A stretch of 64,000 nucleotides of DNA from Candidatus Entotheonellaceae bacterium (GTDB lineage Bacteria; Tectomicrobia; Entotheonellia; Entotheonellales; Entotheonellaceae). How positions within the stretch are numbered: position 1 is the stretch's first letter; each line of letters begins with the position of its first letter. This document shows positions 20,653-30,787 of the stretch, in pieces. Below the pieces are notes generated by a model. It saw nothing but the letters and a program-made list of their open reading frames with translations. It was not told the DNA's origin and ran no database searches. The stretch is from contig OZ250173.1 in NCBI GenBank assembly GCA_965238075.1, positions 2,816,001-2,880,000 of the forward strand. Direction: 5' to 3'. The position numbers and the translations under genes were made by a program.

Positions 20653-22427
20653 GCGCCCTGCACCCCGCATTCGTGCTGTTCGTGACCGCCTGTGTGGCGA
20701 TGGCTGCGCGCGGTGTCTTGCGGCAGATCGTTCTGCTGGCCGGGACGCTGGCAACGCTTTGGGCGACATGGGAGCTCGACGCCGCCGCGAGCTTGTCGTG
20801 GGCGCTGCCCAACTACACGCTGCACGTGTTGCACGTGGACGCCCTGAGCCATGTGTTCGGCCTTATCTTCAGCCTGATTGCCTGCATCGGCGTTCTGTAT
20901 GCCTTGCACGTGCGGCGCGGCGGCGAGCACGCCGCCACCCTGGTCTACGCTGGTGGCGGCCTCGGGGTCGTGTTCGCCGGCGATTGGATCACGCTGTTCG
21001 TCTTTTGGGAGCTGATGGCGGTGGCGTCGCTGTTCGTGGTGTGGTTCGGCGGCACGGCGCAGTCGCAGGCGGCCGGATACCGATATCTGCTGGTGCACAT
21101 TTTCGGCGGCTCGCTGTTGTTTTGCGGCATTTTGCTCCACCTGTTCCATGGCGGCGACGTCAACCTGGCGGCCCTGACGCAGAGCGAAACGCCGGTCGCC
21201 GCCTTCTGGCTCATTCTTCTGGGCGTGGTGATCAACGCCGCGGTGCCGCCGCTGCACGCCTGGTTGACGGATGCCTATCCGGAAGCCTCGGTCACCGGCA
21301 GCGTGTTCCTGAGCGCGTTCACCACCAAGACAGCCGTTTACGTGCTCATCCGCCTTTTTCCGGGCGCCGAGGTCCTGCTGTGGGCCGGGGCGGTCATGAC
21401 CCTGTACGGCGTGGTCTACGCCATCCTCGAAAACGATATCCGCCGGCTGCTGGCCTACCACATCGTCAGTCAGGTCGGCTACATGGTGGCAGCGGTGGGC
21501 ATGGGCACGGCGCTGGCCCTGAACGGCAGCGGCGCTCACGCCTTCTGCCACATTCTATACAAAGCACTGCTGTTCATGGGCGCCGGGGCGGTGATCCAGG
21601 CGACCGGCAAACGCAAACTGAGCGATCTTGGCGGCCTGAGCGGCACCATGCCGCTCGTTTTCGGCCTGTACATGGTGGCCGCGCTGTCGATTTCCGGCGT
21701 GCCGCTGTTCAACGGCTTCACCAGCAAGTCGATGATCGTCTCGGCTGCCGCCGAAGCGCATTTGCCGCTGCCGGAACTTCTGCTGACGTTGGCCGGCGTG
21801 GGCACCTTTCTGAGCGTCGGGCTGAAGCTGCCGTATTTCACCTTCATGGGCGGCGACCGCGGTCTGTCACCGCAGCGTCTGCCGATCAACATGCTCCTGG
21901 CGATGGCCGTGGGCGCCTTCTTCTGCGTCTGGCTGGGCCTCTTCCCGCAAGCGCTATACGCGCGGCTGCCGTTTGCCGCCGAGTACCATCCGTTTACCGT
22001 CGATCACGTCGTGTCGTCGCTGCAACTGCTGATCGGCACGGGGCTCGCCTTCTGGTGGCTGCTGGACCGGTTCCACCGTGAGACGACGGTGACCCTGGAC
22101 ATGGATTGGTTCTACCGCCGGCCGCTGCAAGCCGTGTTCGCCCATCTAATCGCCCTTGCGCGACAGGCCGGGACTGTCTTGGAAGCCTTCTGCGCGCGCG
22201 TGTTGCAGGCGCTGCTGCCCTATGCCCGCAATCCGTATCTCGTGCCCGACAGGCTCACCGGTGCCCCCCTGCATCTCCCACCTATTGCCGACAAAGCGTC
22301 GCCCGGCGGTGCCATGCCGGCCCTGACGTACGACGAGAATCGCTACCGCCTGCCGATCGGCGCCACGGTGATGTGGATCGTGGTGTTCCTCGCCGGTTTG
22401 GCGCTGGTCATTTTCGTGGCGGCATAA
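20649..22427 (+). CDS. Third MrpD-like antiporter subunit
   Basis: FWELMA, PLHAWLTDAYPEA, SAFTTKTAVY, LAYHIVSQVGYM. Confidence 0.9.
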   Translation: MSALHPAFVLFVTACVAMAARGVLRQIVLLAGTLATLWATWELDAAASLSWALPNYTLHVLHVDALSHVFGLIFSLIACIGVLYALHVRRGGEHAATLVYAGGGLGVVFAGDWITLFVFWELMAVASLFVVWFGGTAQSQAAGYRYLLVHIFGGSLLFCGILLHLFHGGDVNLAALTQSETPVAAFWLILLGVVINAAVPPLHAWLTDAYPEASVTGSVFLSAFTTKTAVYVLIRLFPGAEVLLWAGAVMTLYGVVYAILENDIRRLLAYHIVSQVGYMVAAVGMGTALALNGSGAHAFCHILYKALLFMGAGAVIQATGKRKLSDLGGLSGTMPLVFGLYMVAALSISGVPLFNGFTSKSMIVSAAAEAHLPLPELLLTLAGVGTFLSVGLKLPYFTFMGGDRGLSPQRLPINMLLAMAVGAFFCVWLGLFPQALYARLPFAAEYHPFTVDHVVSSLQLLIGTGLAFWWLLDRFHRETTVTLDMDWFYRRPLQAVFAHLIALARQAGTVLEAFCARVLQALLPYARNPYLVPDRLTGAPLHLPPIADKASPGGAMPALTYDENRYRLPIGATVMWIVVFLAGLALVIFVAA

Positions 22428-22511
22428 ATCTGGAAATATCCGTGTTGATGGGCTACCATCGCTTTCTCAGGCCCTTCAGAGACGCCCATCCTCCCCGCAG
22501 AGAGCATACCC

Positions 22512-22622
22512 ATGACGGTTTCAACCAAGCTGATGACCGCCGATGAACTCCTCAAGCTGCCCGACGACGGCAACCCGGTATTCGACGGATTCAGCGCTGA
22601 GGTGCGCGACTTGTTTCGTTAA
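22512..22622 (+). pseudogene. Uma2 (DUF820) endonuclease remnant with an internal deletion
   Basis: 36-aa ORF MTVSTKLMTADELLKLPDDG|NPVFDGFSAEVRDLFR: a typical Uma2 N-terminus joined to a typical C-terminus. Confidence 0.6.
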
Positions 22623-22658
22623 CCTGCATCCTGATATGCAAAAAGGAGCTCTTACGCC

Positions 22659-23873
22659 ATGGCGCAAAGCACCGCATTAGCGGGTATCAAAGTTCTTGAT
22701 TTGACACAATTCGAGGCCGGGACATCGTGCACCGAGGCGCTCGCCTGGCTGGGTGCCGACATTATCAAGGTCGAAAATCCCGACGGCGGCGACCAGGGAC
22801 GTAGCGCGTCCACCGACCAGGATGGCGTTGATTCGCCTTATTTCATGCTGCTCAACGCCAACAAGCGCAGCATCACCCTGAACCTGCGCACCTCCCGCGG
22901 CCGCGAGTTGTTCACGGAGATGCTGAAAAAAGCCGACATCATGATCGAGAATTTCGCCCCTGGAACGATCGAGCGGCTGGGCTTTGGCTTTGACGCGGTG
23001 CATGAGATCAACCCGCGTGTCATCTACGCGCAGATCAAGGGCTTTGGGCCGGGGCCGTACGAGAATTACGTCAGTTTCGACATGATCGCGCAGTCTGCCG
23101 GCGGTTCGCTGAGCCTGACCGGCACGCCGGAGACGGAACCGCTGAAACCCGGTCCGACCATCGGCGATACCGGCACCGGGCTGCACTGCGCCATCGGCGT
23201 TCTGGCGGCGCTGCATCAGCGACAGCAAACCGGCAAGGGGCAGCGTATCCAGGTGGCTATGCAGGACGCCGTAATCAACTTCAGCCGCATCGCCTTCGCC
23301 CGCCAAGCGCTGAGCGGCGAGGCCGCCGTCAGGTCGGGCAATCGCAGCGCCCTCGGCACCACGGCGCCCAGCGGGCTCTATCCCTGCAAGGGCGGCGGGC
23401 TGAACGACTACTGTTTCATCTACACCAGCCGCGCCGGCAACCGGCACTGGGACCGGCTGCTGAAGGCCATTGACCGCGAGGACCTGATCGGCGACGAGCG
23501 GTTCAATTCGCCGCAGAAGCGCTGGGCCAATCACGACGAGGTGGACCGCCTGCTGACCGAATTCACCCAGAGCCGCACCAAGCGGGAAGTCATGCAAACC
23601 CTGGGCGACGCCGGGGTTCCCGCCGGTGCGGTGTACGACACGCTGGAACTGACCGAGGACCAAGCTTTGCAGGACCGAGAAATGATTGTCACGGTGGATC
23701 ATCCCGAGCGTGGCAAGTTCACCCTGCCGGGATGGCCGGTCAAGATGTCGGATTCCCACGTCGACGTCGATCGCTCCCCGCTGCTCGGTGAGCACAACAG
23801 CGAGGTCTATGCCGAATGGCTGGACCTGACGCCTGACGATCTGGAAGACCTGAAATCGCAGGACGTCATCTGA
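22659..23873 (+). CDS. Family III CoA-transferase (formyl-CoA transferase-like)
   Basis: KVLDLTQFEAGTSCT, LAWLGADIIKVE, NANKRSITLNL, IGDTGTG. Confidence 0.9.
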   Translation: MAQSTALAGIKVLDLTQFEAGTSCTEALAWLGADIIKVENPDGGDQGRSASTDQDGVDSPYFMLLNANKRSITLNLRTSRGRELFTEMLKKADIMIENFAPGTIERLGFGFDAVHEINPRVIYAQIKGFGPGPYENYVSFDMIAQSAGGSLSLTGTPETEPLKPGPTIGDTGTGLHCAIGVLAALHQRQQTGKGQRIQVAMQDAVINFSRIAFARQALSGEAAVRSGNRSALGTTAPSGLYPCKGGGLNDYCFIYTSRAGNRHWDRLLKAIDREDLIGDERFNSPQKRWANHDEVDRLLTEFTQSRTKREVMQTLGDAGVPAGAVYDTLELTEDQALQDREMIVTVDHPERGKFTLPGWPVKMSDSHVDVDRSPLLGEHNSEVYAEWLDLTPDDLEDLKSQDVI

Positions 23874-23875
23874 GT

Positions 23876-25033
23876 TTACGGCGCCGCCCCGTCTCCGCGG
23901 CGCCACAGGGTGATGAGCGCCACGGCCATCATGGCGCTCGTGGTGACCAGCGGAAATCCTACCGCGCCCATCAGGGCGATAGCGCCGCCCGCCAACGGCC
24001 CGCCGGACAGCATGCCCAACTCCCAGGTCAGGATGAAGGCCGCGTTTGCCGCGGCCATGCCGCCGGTTTGGAAACGGCTGCCCAAGAGCGTCAATCCCGC
24101 CGTGTAGAGACCCAGGCTGATCCCCCCGCTGCAAAACGCCAGGGCATACAGGGGCACCGTCGTCCGGATGAAGGCGTGCACCAGCAGGCTGGACCCGGCC
24201 GCTGCCAGAGCCATGTGAGCCAGCAGCCGGCGGCGATCGAGTCGATCCACCGCCCAACCGACCGGCGCCTGCAAGAGAACCCCGCCCGTCAGATAAGTGG
24301 CGTGCAGCCACACCGCGTCTCCCTGCGTCAATCCGGCGCTTACCCCGTAAAGCGCCATGAGCCCCAGGGCCGAGCCCTGCGCGATGCCCATCATCAATGC
24401 CGAGGCCATCAGCCTTGGCGCTTGTCGGACCCGGACGAACAGGTCGGCTGGGGGCATTTCACTCGTCGGCGGGGCGCCCTTGCGCCCGAGGGGAATCAGG
24501 GCCGTTGCCGCTACCGACAGAATGATCATGATGAAGAAGGGGAAATTGCCGCTCATGTCCAAAAAATCGAGCGAAGCGGAGCCGGCCGCGGTGCCGCCGA
24601 TGAAGCAGGCCACGTAGAGGGACAGGATGCGTCCGCGGCGGGCATCGGACGCGGCCTGATTGACCCAGCTTTCGCTGGATATCCAGTGCAGGGCGAGCCC
24701 GAGTCCGGCGACGAACCGGCAGGCCGTCCAGGCGCCAAACCCTGCCTGCCACATCATGCCGAGCAGGGCGAGGGCAAACAGGCTGGCGCCCAGGCCGATG
24801 GCCATCGGGTAGCCGATGCGCCTGAGAATGCGAGTGGTGAGGGGGGCGATGCACAGAACCGCCACGGAGGAGGCGGCTGCGTTCAGTCCGATCCATCCTG
24901 CGGTGACGCCGAGGTCGTGCAGGCGCAGCGGGACGAGCGGCAGGAACATACCCACGGCAAACCCGAGCAGCACGTTGTTGAGCAGAACCGCTGCAATGCC
25001 GCGGGCTTGCTGGGAGAGGAAAGTCATGCGCAT
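23876..25033 (-). CDS. MFS transporter (YcaD-like)
   Basis: About 12 hydrophobic segments; ESWVN...RRGRILSLY; DRLDRR loop motif; start uncertain. Confidence 0.8.
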   Translation of the reverse strand: MRMTFLSQQARGIAAVLLNNVLLGFAVGMFLPLVPLRLHDLGVTAGWIGLNAAASSVAVLCIAPLTTRILRRIGYPMAIGLGASLFALALLGMMWQAGFGAWTACRFVAGLGLALHWISSESWVNQAASDARRGRILSLYVACFIGGTAAGSASLDFLDMSGNFPFFIMIILSVAATALIPLGRKGAPPTSEMPPADLFVRVRQAPRLMASALMMGIAQGSALGLMALYGVSAGLTQGDAVWLHATYLTGGVLLQAPVGWAVDRLDRRRLLAHMALAAAGSSLLVHAFIRTTVPLYALAFCSGGISLGLYTAGLTLLGSRFQTGGMAAANAAFILTWELGMLSGGPLAGGAIALMGAVGFPLVTTSAMMAVALITLWRRGDGAAP

Positions 25034-25158
25034 CAGCCTACCACAATTGCTGGCGGCGAACCCGCAACGGGCCGGTCGCTCGAACGTGCTATGCTGGCGG
25101 CCCATTCCAGAGCGTGTGCAGACATGTGATGCACATCTTAACCCTGCTGGCAAACTCG

Positions 25159-25253
25159 CGTCACTCCGGCGGAGGCCAGAGGTTTTCCGGCAGCCAGGAC
25201 CTACCCCGAACTGCATCCGGGGTCGCTGGATTCCGGGTCAAGCCCGGAATGAC
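25159..25253. repeat. CGTC-type REP/dRS3-like palindromic element
   Basis: Inverted ends GTCACTCCG...CGGAATGAC; internal hairpin ATTCCGGG-TCAAG-CCCGGAAT. Confidence 0.6.
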
Positions 25254-25333
25254 CGATTTGAGCATTGGACGGGCAATTTTCATTAAGAAGACCATAGGCG
25301 CGAACCGATGACGACGAGGGAAGGGGAGGGCAG

Positions 25334-26122
25334 GTGGCACGATTGGCTGGTAAAGTGGCGGTGATAACAGGCGGGGCGGGCGGCATCGGCCGTGCCGCAG
25401 GTCGTCTTTTCGCTGCGGAAGGCGCCCGGGTGTTGTTGGTGGACGTCAACGAAGGGGCGCTGCAGCAGACCGTGGATGACATCGCGGGGGGCGCCGCCAG
25501 CTATGCGGTGGCGGATACGACGCAGCCCGTTTCGGTGCGGCAATTCCTCCATACGGCCGTTGAACGATACGGCGGCCTGGACGTCCTCCTGGCCAACGCC
25601 GGCGTTGAGGGCGAGCTCCACGCCATCGCGGATTACCCGGTCGAGGTGTTTGATCACGTCATGGCGGTCAACGTCCGCGGCGTCTGGCTGGGTGTCAGAG
25701 CGGCCATTCCCCTGATGCGTCAGCGGAGCGGCGGCAGCATCGTAATCACCTCATCGGTCGCCGGCATCCGCGGCTCCGCGGGCATGTCGGCCTACACGAC
25801 CAGCAAGCACGCCGTCATTGGCCTCATGCGCACCGCGGCGCTGGAATGCGCTGCCGACGGCATTCGGGTGAACACCGTCAATCCGGCGCCCATCGAAACC
25901 CGCATGATGCGTTCCCTCGAAGAAATGCGCACCTCATGGCTCGGCACCGACGCAACCGTGGAGAGCGTCAAGGCGTCGCATGCCGCGCGCATCCCGCTGC
26001 GGCGCTACGGCGACCCCGAGGAAGTCGCGCGGTTGATGCTGTTTCTGGCTAGCGACGAAAGCCGCTTCTGCACGGGCGGCGTGTATATGGTGGACGGCGG
26101 TTCTTCGGCTGGCATGGTCTAG
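25334..26122 (+). CDS. Short-chain dehydrogenase/reductase
   Basis: TGGAGGIG, NAG, YTTSK catalytic motif. Confidence 0.95.
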   Translation: MARLAGKVAVITGGAGGIGRAAGRLFAAEGARVLLVDVNEGALQQTVDDIAGGAASYAVADTTQPVSVRQFLHTAVERYGGLDVLLANAGVEGELHAIADYPVEVFDHVMAVNVRGVWLGVRAAIPLMRQRSGGSIVITSSVAGIRGSAGMSAYTTSKHAVIGLMRTAALECAADGIRVNTVNPAPIETRMMRSLEEMRTSWLGTDATVESVKASHAARIPLRRYGDPEEVARLMLFLASDESRFCTGGVYMVDGGSSAGMV

Positions 26123-26211
26123 GGCGCTGGTGCTAGAATGCTCGCCATGGCACGCAAACCGTATGCTCAAGGAAAATTTTCCGGGCTGTCCTGCCCCATT
26201 GGTACACTTTA

Positions 26212-27501
26212 ATGCGCCGTAGGATGGCTACCGCCTTAGCGATCGTGCTTGTTGTTGGAGCCGTCGTTCTCGCCTACACCTATCTGTCGCCCGTTCCTAC
26301 GGCCGACAGTCCCGCCGCCGCCCAGCAGCCACCGACCGTCAAGCCGTTTCCCGTCCAGACCGTCATCGCCCGACGCGGCACGCTTACCCAGTCCCTCGCG
26401 GCCACGGGTGATATCCTGGCGGAGGCGCGCGTCGAGGTGTTTCCAAAAACCGCCGGGCATCTTGAGGAATTGAGCGTCGAGGAGGGTGATCCGGTGCGTG
26501 CCGGCCAGATGATCGCCCGTATTGCCAATGCCGAGTTTCAGGCCCGTGTGGCCAGGGCCGCCGCGGAGGTTGACGCGCTGCAGGCGGAGTGGGCGCAGAT
26601 GCAGTCCGGCGCACTGCCGGAGGAAATCGCCCAGGCGGTTGATGCAGTCGAGCACAGCCGCGCCGAATTGGCCAACGCCGAGGGGTTTACCGAACGCACG
26701 CGCGGCATGGTCGAGCGCGGCCTGCAACCCACCCAGGAACTCGAGGACGCCACACGCCGGCTGCGCCAGGCGCGTGCCATGCACAACAGCGCCAGCCAGC
26801 GCCTGCAACTGCTCCGCACCGGGGCGCGCAGCGAGACCCGCCAAGCCTTGCAAGCCCGCATTCGTGCCGCCCAGGCCGAGCATGAGCTGGCAACCATCGA
26901 GCTGCAGCACACCGTCATTACCTCTCCCATGGACGGCATCGTCAGCCACCGCCACGTCGATCCCGGCGCCTACGTGACGACAACCGACCCGCCCGTCGTG
27001 ACCATCGAGGCGATGCAGACCGTGAAGATTGAGATGCCCATCAGCGAGCGGGATATCGTGGCCGTGCGTCCGGGTCATAAGGCACTGATTCAGGTGGATG
27101 CGTACACCGACGAGCCGTTTCCGGGCACGGTGCGGCGCCTCGGCCCGACCGTCGATCCGAGCAGCCGCAGCGGCAAGGTAGAGATCGGTTTGGCGAACCC
27201 GGACTACCGGCTCAAGCCGGGAATGTTTGCGAAGGTGACGTTGATCCTGGCGGAGCGCGAGGATGTCGTGATCGTCCCGCGCGACGCCTTGCGGCCGGCC
27301 GGCACCGAGACGACGGTGTTCGTGTTCGTCGTCCGGGATGGGTTGGCGCATCGGCAGCCGGTCAGCACGGGCCTGATGAACGATACGCTGGTGGAGATTC
27401 GCGAGGGCTTGACGGCGGGCGACGAGGTGGTGCTCTCCGGGTACAACAGCCTGCAGGATCAGGCGCCGGTCAACGTCGTGCAATCGCAAGGTCGGGGCTG
27501 A
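26212..27501 (+). CDS. RND efflux periplasmic adaptor (MFP)
   Basis: N-terminal TM; VEEGDPVRAGQ; long coiled coil; SPMDGIV; LKPGMFA. Confidence 0.9.
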   Translation: MRRRMATALAIVLVVGAVVLAYTYLSPVPTADSPAAAQQPPTVKPFPVQTVIARRGTLTQSLAATGDILAEARVEVFPKTAGHLEELSVEEGDPVRAGQMIARIANAEFQARVARAAAEVDALQAEWAQMQSGALPEEIAQAVDAVEHSRAELANAEGFTERTRGMVERGLQPTQELEDATRRLRQARAMHNSASQRLQLLRTGARSETRQALQARIRAAQAEHELATIELQHTVITSPMDGIVSHRHVDPGAYVTTTDPPVVTIEAMQTVKIEMPISERDIVAVRPGHKALIQVDAYTDEPFPGTVRRLGPTVDPSSRSGKVEIGLANPDYRLKPGMFAKVTLILAEREDVVIVPRDALRPAGTETTVFVFVVRDGLAHRQPVSTGLMNDTLVEIREGLTAGDEVVLSGYNSLQDQAPVNVVQSQGRG

Positions 27502-27531
27502 CGAACTGCTGAGCAGGGGAGGGAGCGAAGC

Positions 27532-30500
27532 ATGAAATTGTCCGCACTCGCCGTGGCGCGACCGGTAACTACCGGGATGTTTTTCCTGGCCGTGCTGGTG
27601 CTCGGCCTCATCTCGTTCTCGCGTCTGGCGGTGGATCAACTCCCCGACGTCACGCGGCCCTCGGTGACGGTAACCACAACCTATGAGGGCGCCGCCCCCG
27701 ACATCGTGGAACGCCAGGTCACCAACCCGCTGGAAAAAGTGCTGGCGACCATCAACAACGTCAAGTCCGTGCGGTCCTCATCCAGCGAGGACAGCTCGAA
27801 AATCTCCCTCGACTTCAACTGGAGCACCGACGTTGACCTGGCGGCCCTGGAGGTGCGCGAAAAGGTCAACGACACCCTGCGCCTCCTGCCCGAAGAGATC
27901 GACCCGCCCCGCATCAGCAAATTCGATCCCTCCAGTTGGCACATCATCTACCTCAATCTCACGGCGGGCGGTGCCCTGGACGCGATCGCGCTCCGGCACT
28001 ACGCAGAGACGACGCTGTTGTACCAGCTTCAGCAGATCGCCGGGGTGGCGTCCGTCGATATCTGGGGCGGCGACCAACGCGAGATTCAGGTGCTGATCGA
28101 CCGCAACCGGCTGGCCGCCACGGGCATCCCCCTGCATCGTGTGGTCGAGGTGCTGGGCGCCGAGAACGTCACCAAGGTCGGTGGGCATCTGGAAAGCGGA
28201 CGCACCGATTACGTGGTGCGGCCGTTGGGCGAATTCGAGCGGGTAGAGGATATCCGGGGCGTCATTCTGCGCCACGACGGCGCCTTGCCGGTGTATCTCA
28301 AGGATGTTGCGGAGGTGCACGACGGGATGAAGGAGCGTCTCACGCGCACCCGGGTCAATCGCATCGCCGGGCTCGTCCTGGCGCTCCGCAAGCAGTCGGG
28401 CACCAACACGGTGGAGGTGTCGGACCTCATCCAGGCGCGGCTACCCGACCTGCGGCAGCAGTTGCCGCCGACCATGCAGTTGCACCTGCTGTTCGACCGC
28501 GCTGCCTTCATCCGGCGCTCCATCGCCCAGGTGGAGAGAAGCGCGATCATCGGCGCCTGCATCGCCGTCGTCATCCTGCTGATGTTCCTGCGCAGCCTGC
28601 GTCCCACGATCATCATTGCTTTTGCCATTCCGCTGGCGGTGGTGGCGACGTTCATCCTGCTTTACCAGGTCGACATCAGCCTCAACTGGATGTCGCTGGG
28701 CGGCCTGGCCCTGGGCATCGGCATGGTGGTGGACAATTCTGTTGTGGTGCTGGAGAACATCTTCCGCCACCGTCAGCAGGGCACGGACCGCCGCGAGGCG
28801 GCGGTGACGGGGAGCCGCGAGGTCGGCATGGCGATCATCGCGTCGACCCTGACGACGTTGTGCGTGTTTTTCCCGCTCATTTTCATGCAGGGCATGATGG
28901 GCATCGTGTTCCAGGAACTCGCCCTGACGGTGGCCTTCGCCCTGGTGACGTCGCTGCTGGTGGCGCTGACGCTGGTGCCGATGCTGTGCGCCAAGTGGCT
29001 GACTCGCCCGCTGCGGGAAGATCCGCCGGAGGGGGCGACCTATGGCCTGGACGTGACGTGGCGCTCGGTGCTCGTGGCCATCGAGCGCGGCTACGGTGCG
29101 GCGTTGCATGTCGCGCTGCGTCACCGGCCGGCTGTGCTCGTCGTGTGCGCCTGCATTCTGGGCGGCACCTGGACGCTTTATTCCAGCCTGGGCTCGGAGC
29201 TGCTGCCGTCGGTGGACGAGGGCATGATGTACATCCGCCTCGAAATGCCGGTGGGCACCAAGCTGGAGATTACCGACGACATCATGGCCGACATCGAGAG
29301 CAAGGTGTACAACGGGGCACCCGACGTGCAGGCGATGTTCGTGCGCTCCGGCCTGGGATTCCGGGGCGGCGGCGGCACCCACACCGGCTTTCTGTGGGCG
29401 CGTCTGGTCGATCGCTCGCAGCGCCAGCAATCCCTCAAGGAGGTCCTCGCCGTGCTGAAGGAGCAGTTGTCGAATTATCCGGACGGCAAGGTGCGGATCA
29501 TGGAGCGCCCCTCCGATGTCGCCCGTCTTCTCGGTTCAGGCCGCTCGGAGCGGTTGGAGGTGGACGTGTACGGCTTTGATCTGGGGCGTGGCCGTGCCCT
29601 GGCGCAACAACTGGCCGATAAGATCGAGGCCGTCGAGGGCGTTTCCTATGTGCGCCTGAACATCGACGACAGCCGCCCTGAGATGCAGATCAGCATCGAC
29701 CGCCAAAAGGCGGCGGCGCTGCAGATCAGCACTCATGCCATTTTGCAGGCCATCGAAACCGGTATTGCCGGCACGATCGCGTCCAAATACCGCGAGGGCC
29801 GCCACGAGTACGACATCCGGGTGCGCCTGCGCCCCGAGGATCGCCGGGAACTGGCTGACCTGGAGCGCATCTTCGTCGCCACGCCTGGCGGCCAGCAGGT
29901 GCCGCTGCGCAACCTGACCGCGGTGCGGGCGGACAAGGGGCCGGTGGTCATTGAGCGCCGCAACCAGGAGCGGGCGGTGACGATTCAGGCGGGCATGACG
30001 GGTACGCGCGACTTCGGCAGCCTGGCCGTCGAGATCGAAGAACTCTTGGCGGCCACGGCCGTTCCGGAGGGATTTTACGTGAAGATGGGCGGTGAGCGGG
30101 AGGAACAGCGCGAGGCCAACCGCAACGTGCACCTGATTGTCGTGCTGGCGATTTTATTGGTCTACATGATCATGGCGGCATTGTTCGAGTCGCTCCTGCA
30201 TCCGTTCGTCATTCTGCTGGCCATTCCGTTCGCCGCGGTGGGCGGCATCCTGGCGTTGTGGTTGACCGGCACCAACATCAGCATGCCGGTATGGATCGGC
30301 GGCATCATGCTGGTGGGTGTGGCGGTCAACAACGGCATCATCATGGTCGATTACACCAACCAGCTGAGGCAGCGCGGCTTCGACGTCATGGAAGCCACCT
30401 GGCGAGGGGCCGTCACGCGCCTGCGCCCGGTGCTGATCACCACGCTCACCACCGCCCTGGCCCTGCTGCCCCTGGCTATCGGCTTCGGCGAAGGCGGCGA

Positions 30501-30666
30501 AATCTGGGCGCCCTTGGGCCGTGTCGTCGTCGGCGGGCTGTCCGTCGCCGCACTGTTCACTCTGTTTCTCGTTCCCACCTTATACAGCCTCGTCGAGGAA
30601 CGGCGCGCTCGTCGTCTTGCCTCGCCAGTTCCCGCCCATACCCTCACGCCTGAGGGCGCCGTGTAA
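27532..30666 (+). CDS. RND efflux permease (AcrB-like)
   Basis: 1044 aa; GMVVDNSVVVLENI; RLRPVLITT. Confidence 0.95.
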   Translation: MKLSALAVARPVTTGMFFLAVLVLGLISFSRLAVDQLPDVTRPSVTVTTTYEGAAPDIVERQVTNPLEKVLATINNVKSVRSSSSEDSSKISLDFNWSTDVDLAALEVREKVNDTLRLLPEEIDPPRISKFDPSSWHIIYLNLTAGGALDAIALRHYAETTLLYQLQQIAGVASVDIWGGDQREIQVLIDRNRLAATGIPLHRVVEVLGAENVTKVGGHLESGRTDYVVRPLGEFERVEDIRGVILRHDGALPVYLKDVAEVHDGMKERLTRTRVNRIAGLVLALRKQSGTNTVEVSDLIQARLPDLRQQLPPTMQLHLLFDRAAFIRRSIAQVERSAIIGACIAVVILLMFLRSLRPTIIIAFAIPLAVVATFILLYQVDISLNWMSLGGLALGIGMVVDNSVVVLENIFRHRQQGTDRREAAVTGSREVGMAIIASTLTTLCVFFPLIFMQGMMGIVFQELALTVAFALVTSLLVALTLVPMLCAKWLTRPLREDPPEGATYGLDVTWRSVLVAIERGYGAALHVALRHRPAVLVVCACILGGTWTLYSSLGSELLPSVDEGMMYIRLEMPVGTKLEITDDIMADIESKVYNGAPDVQAMFVRSGLGFRGGGGTHTGFLWARLVDRSQRQQSLKEVLAVLKEQLSNYPDGKVRIMERPSDVARLLGSGRSERLEVDVYGFDLGRGRALAQQLADKIEAVEGVSYVRLNIDDSRPEMQISIDRQKAAALQISTHAILQAIETGIAGTIASKYREGRHEYDIRVRLRPEDRRELADLERIFVATPGGQQVPLRNLTAVRADKGPVVIERRNQERAVTIQAGMTGTRDFGSLAVEIEELLAATAVPEGFYVKMGGEREEQREANRNVHLIVVLAILLVYMIMAALFESLLHPFVILLAIPFAAVGGILALWLTGTNISMPVWIGGIMLVGVAVNNGIIMVDYTNQLRQRGFDVMEATWRGAVTRLRPVLITTLTTALALLPLAIGFGEGGEIWAPLGRVVVGGLSVAALFTLFLVPTLYSLVEERRARRLASPVPAHTLTPEGAV

Positions 30667-30701
30667 CGACACCAAACTTGTAATCCCCTCTCGATTTTAT
30701 C

Positions 30702-30730
30702 TTGACTTTCCATCTGGAATCGTCTACACG
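30702..30730 (+). promoter_or_regulatory. Putative sigma70 promoter
   Basis: TTGACT-N17-TACACG. Confidence 0.4.
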
Positions 30731-30787
30731 CGCAACCTATGAGTTGGTGTTTTGGCAAATACGGAGAGCGGAGAAAGGAGGTTCGAG

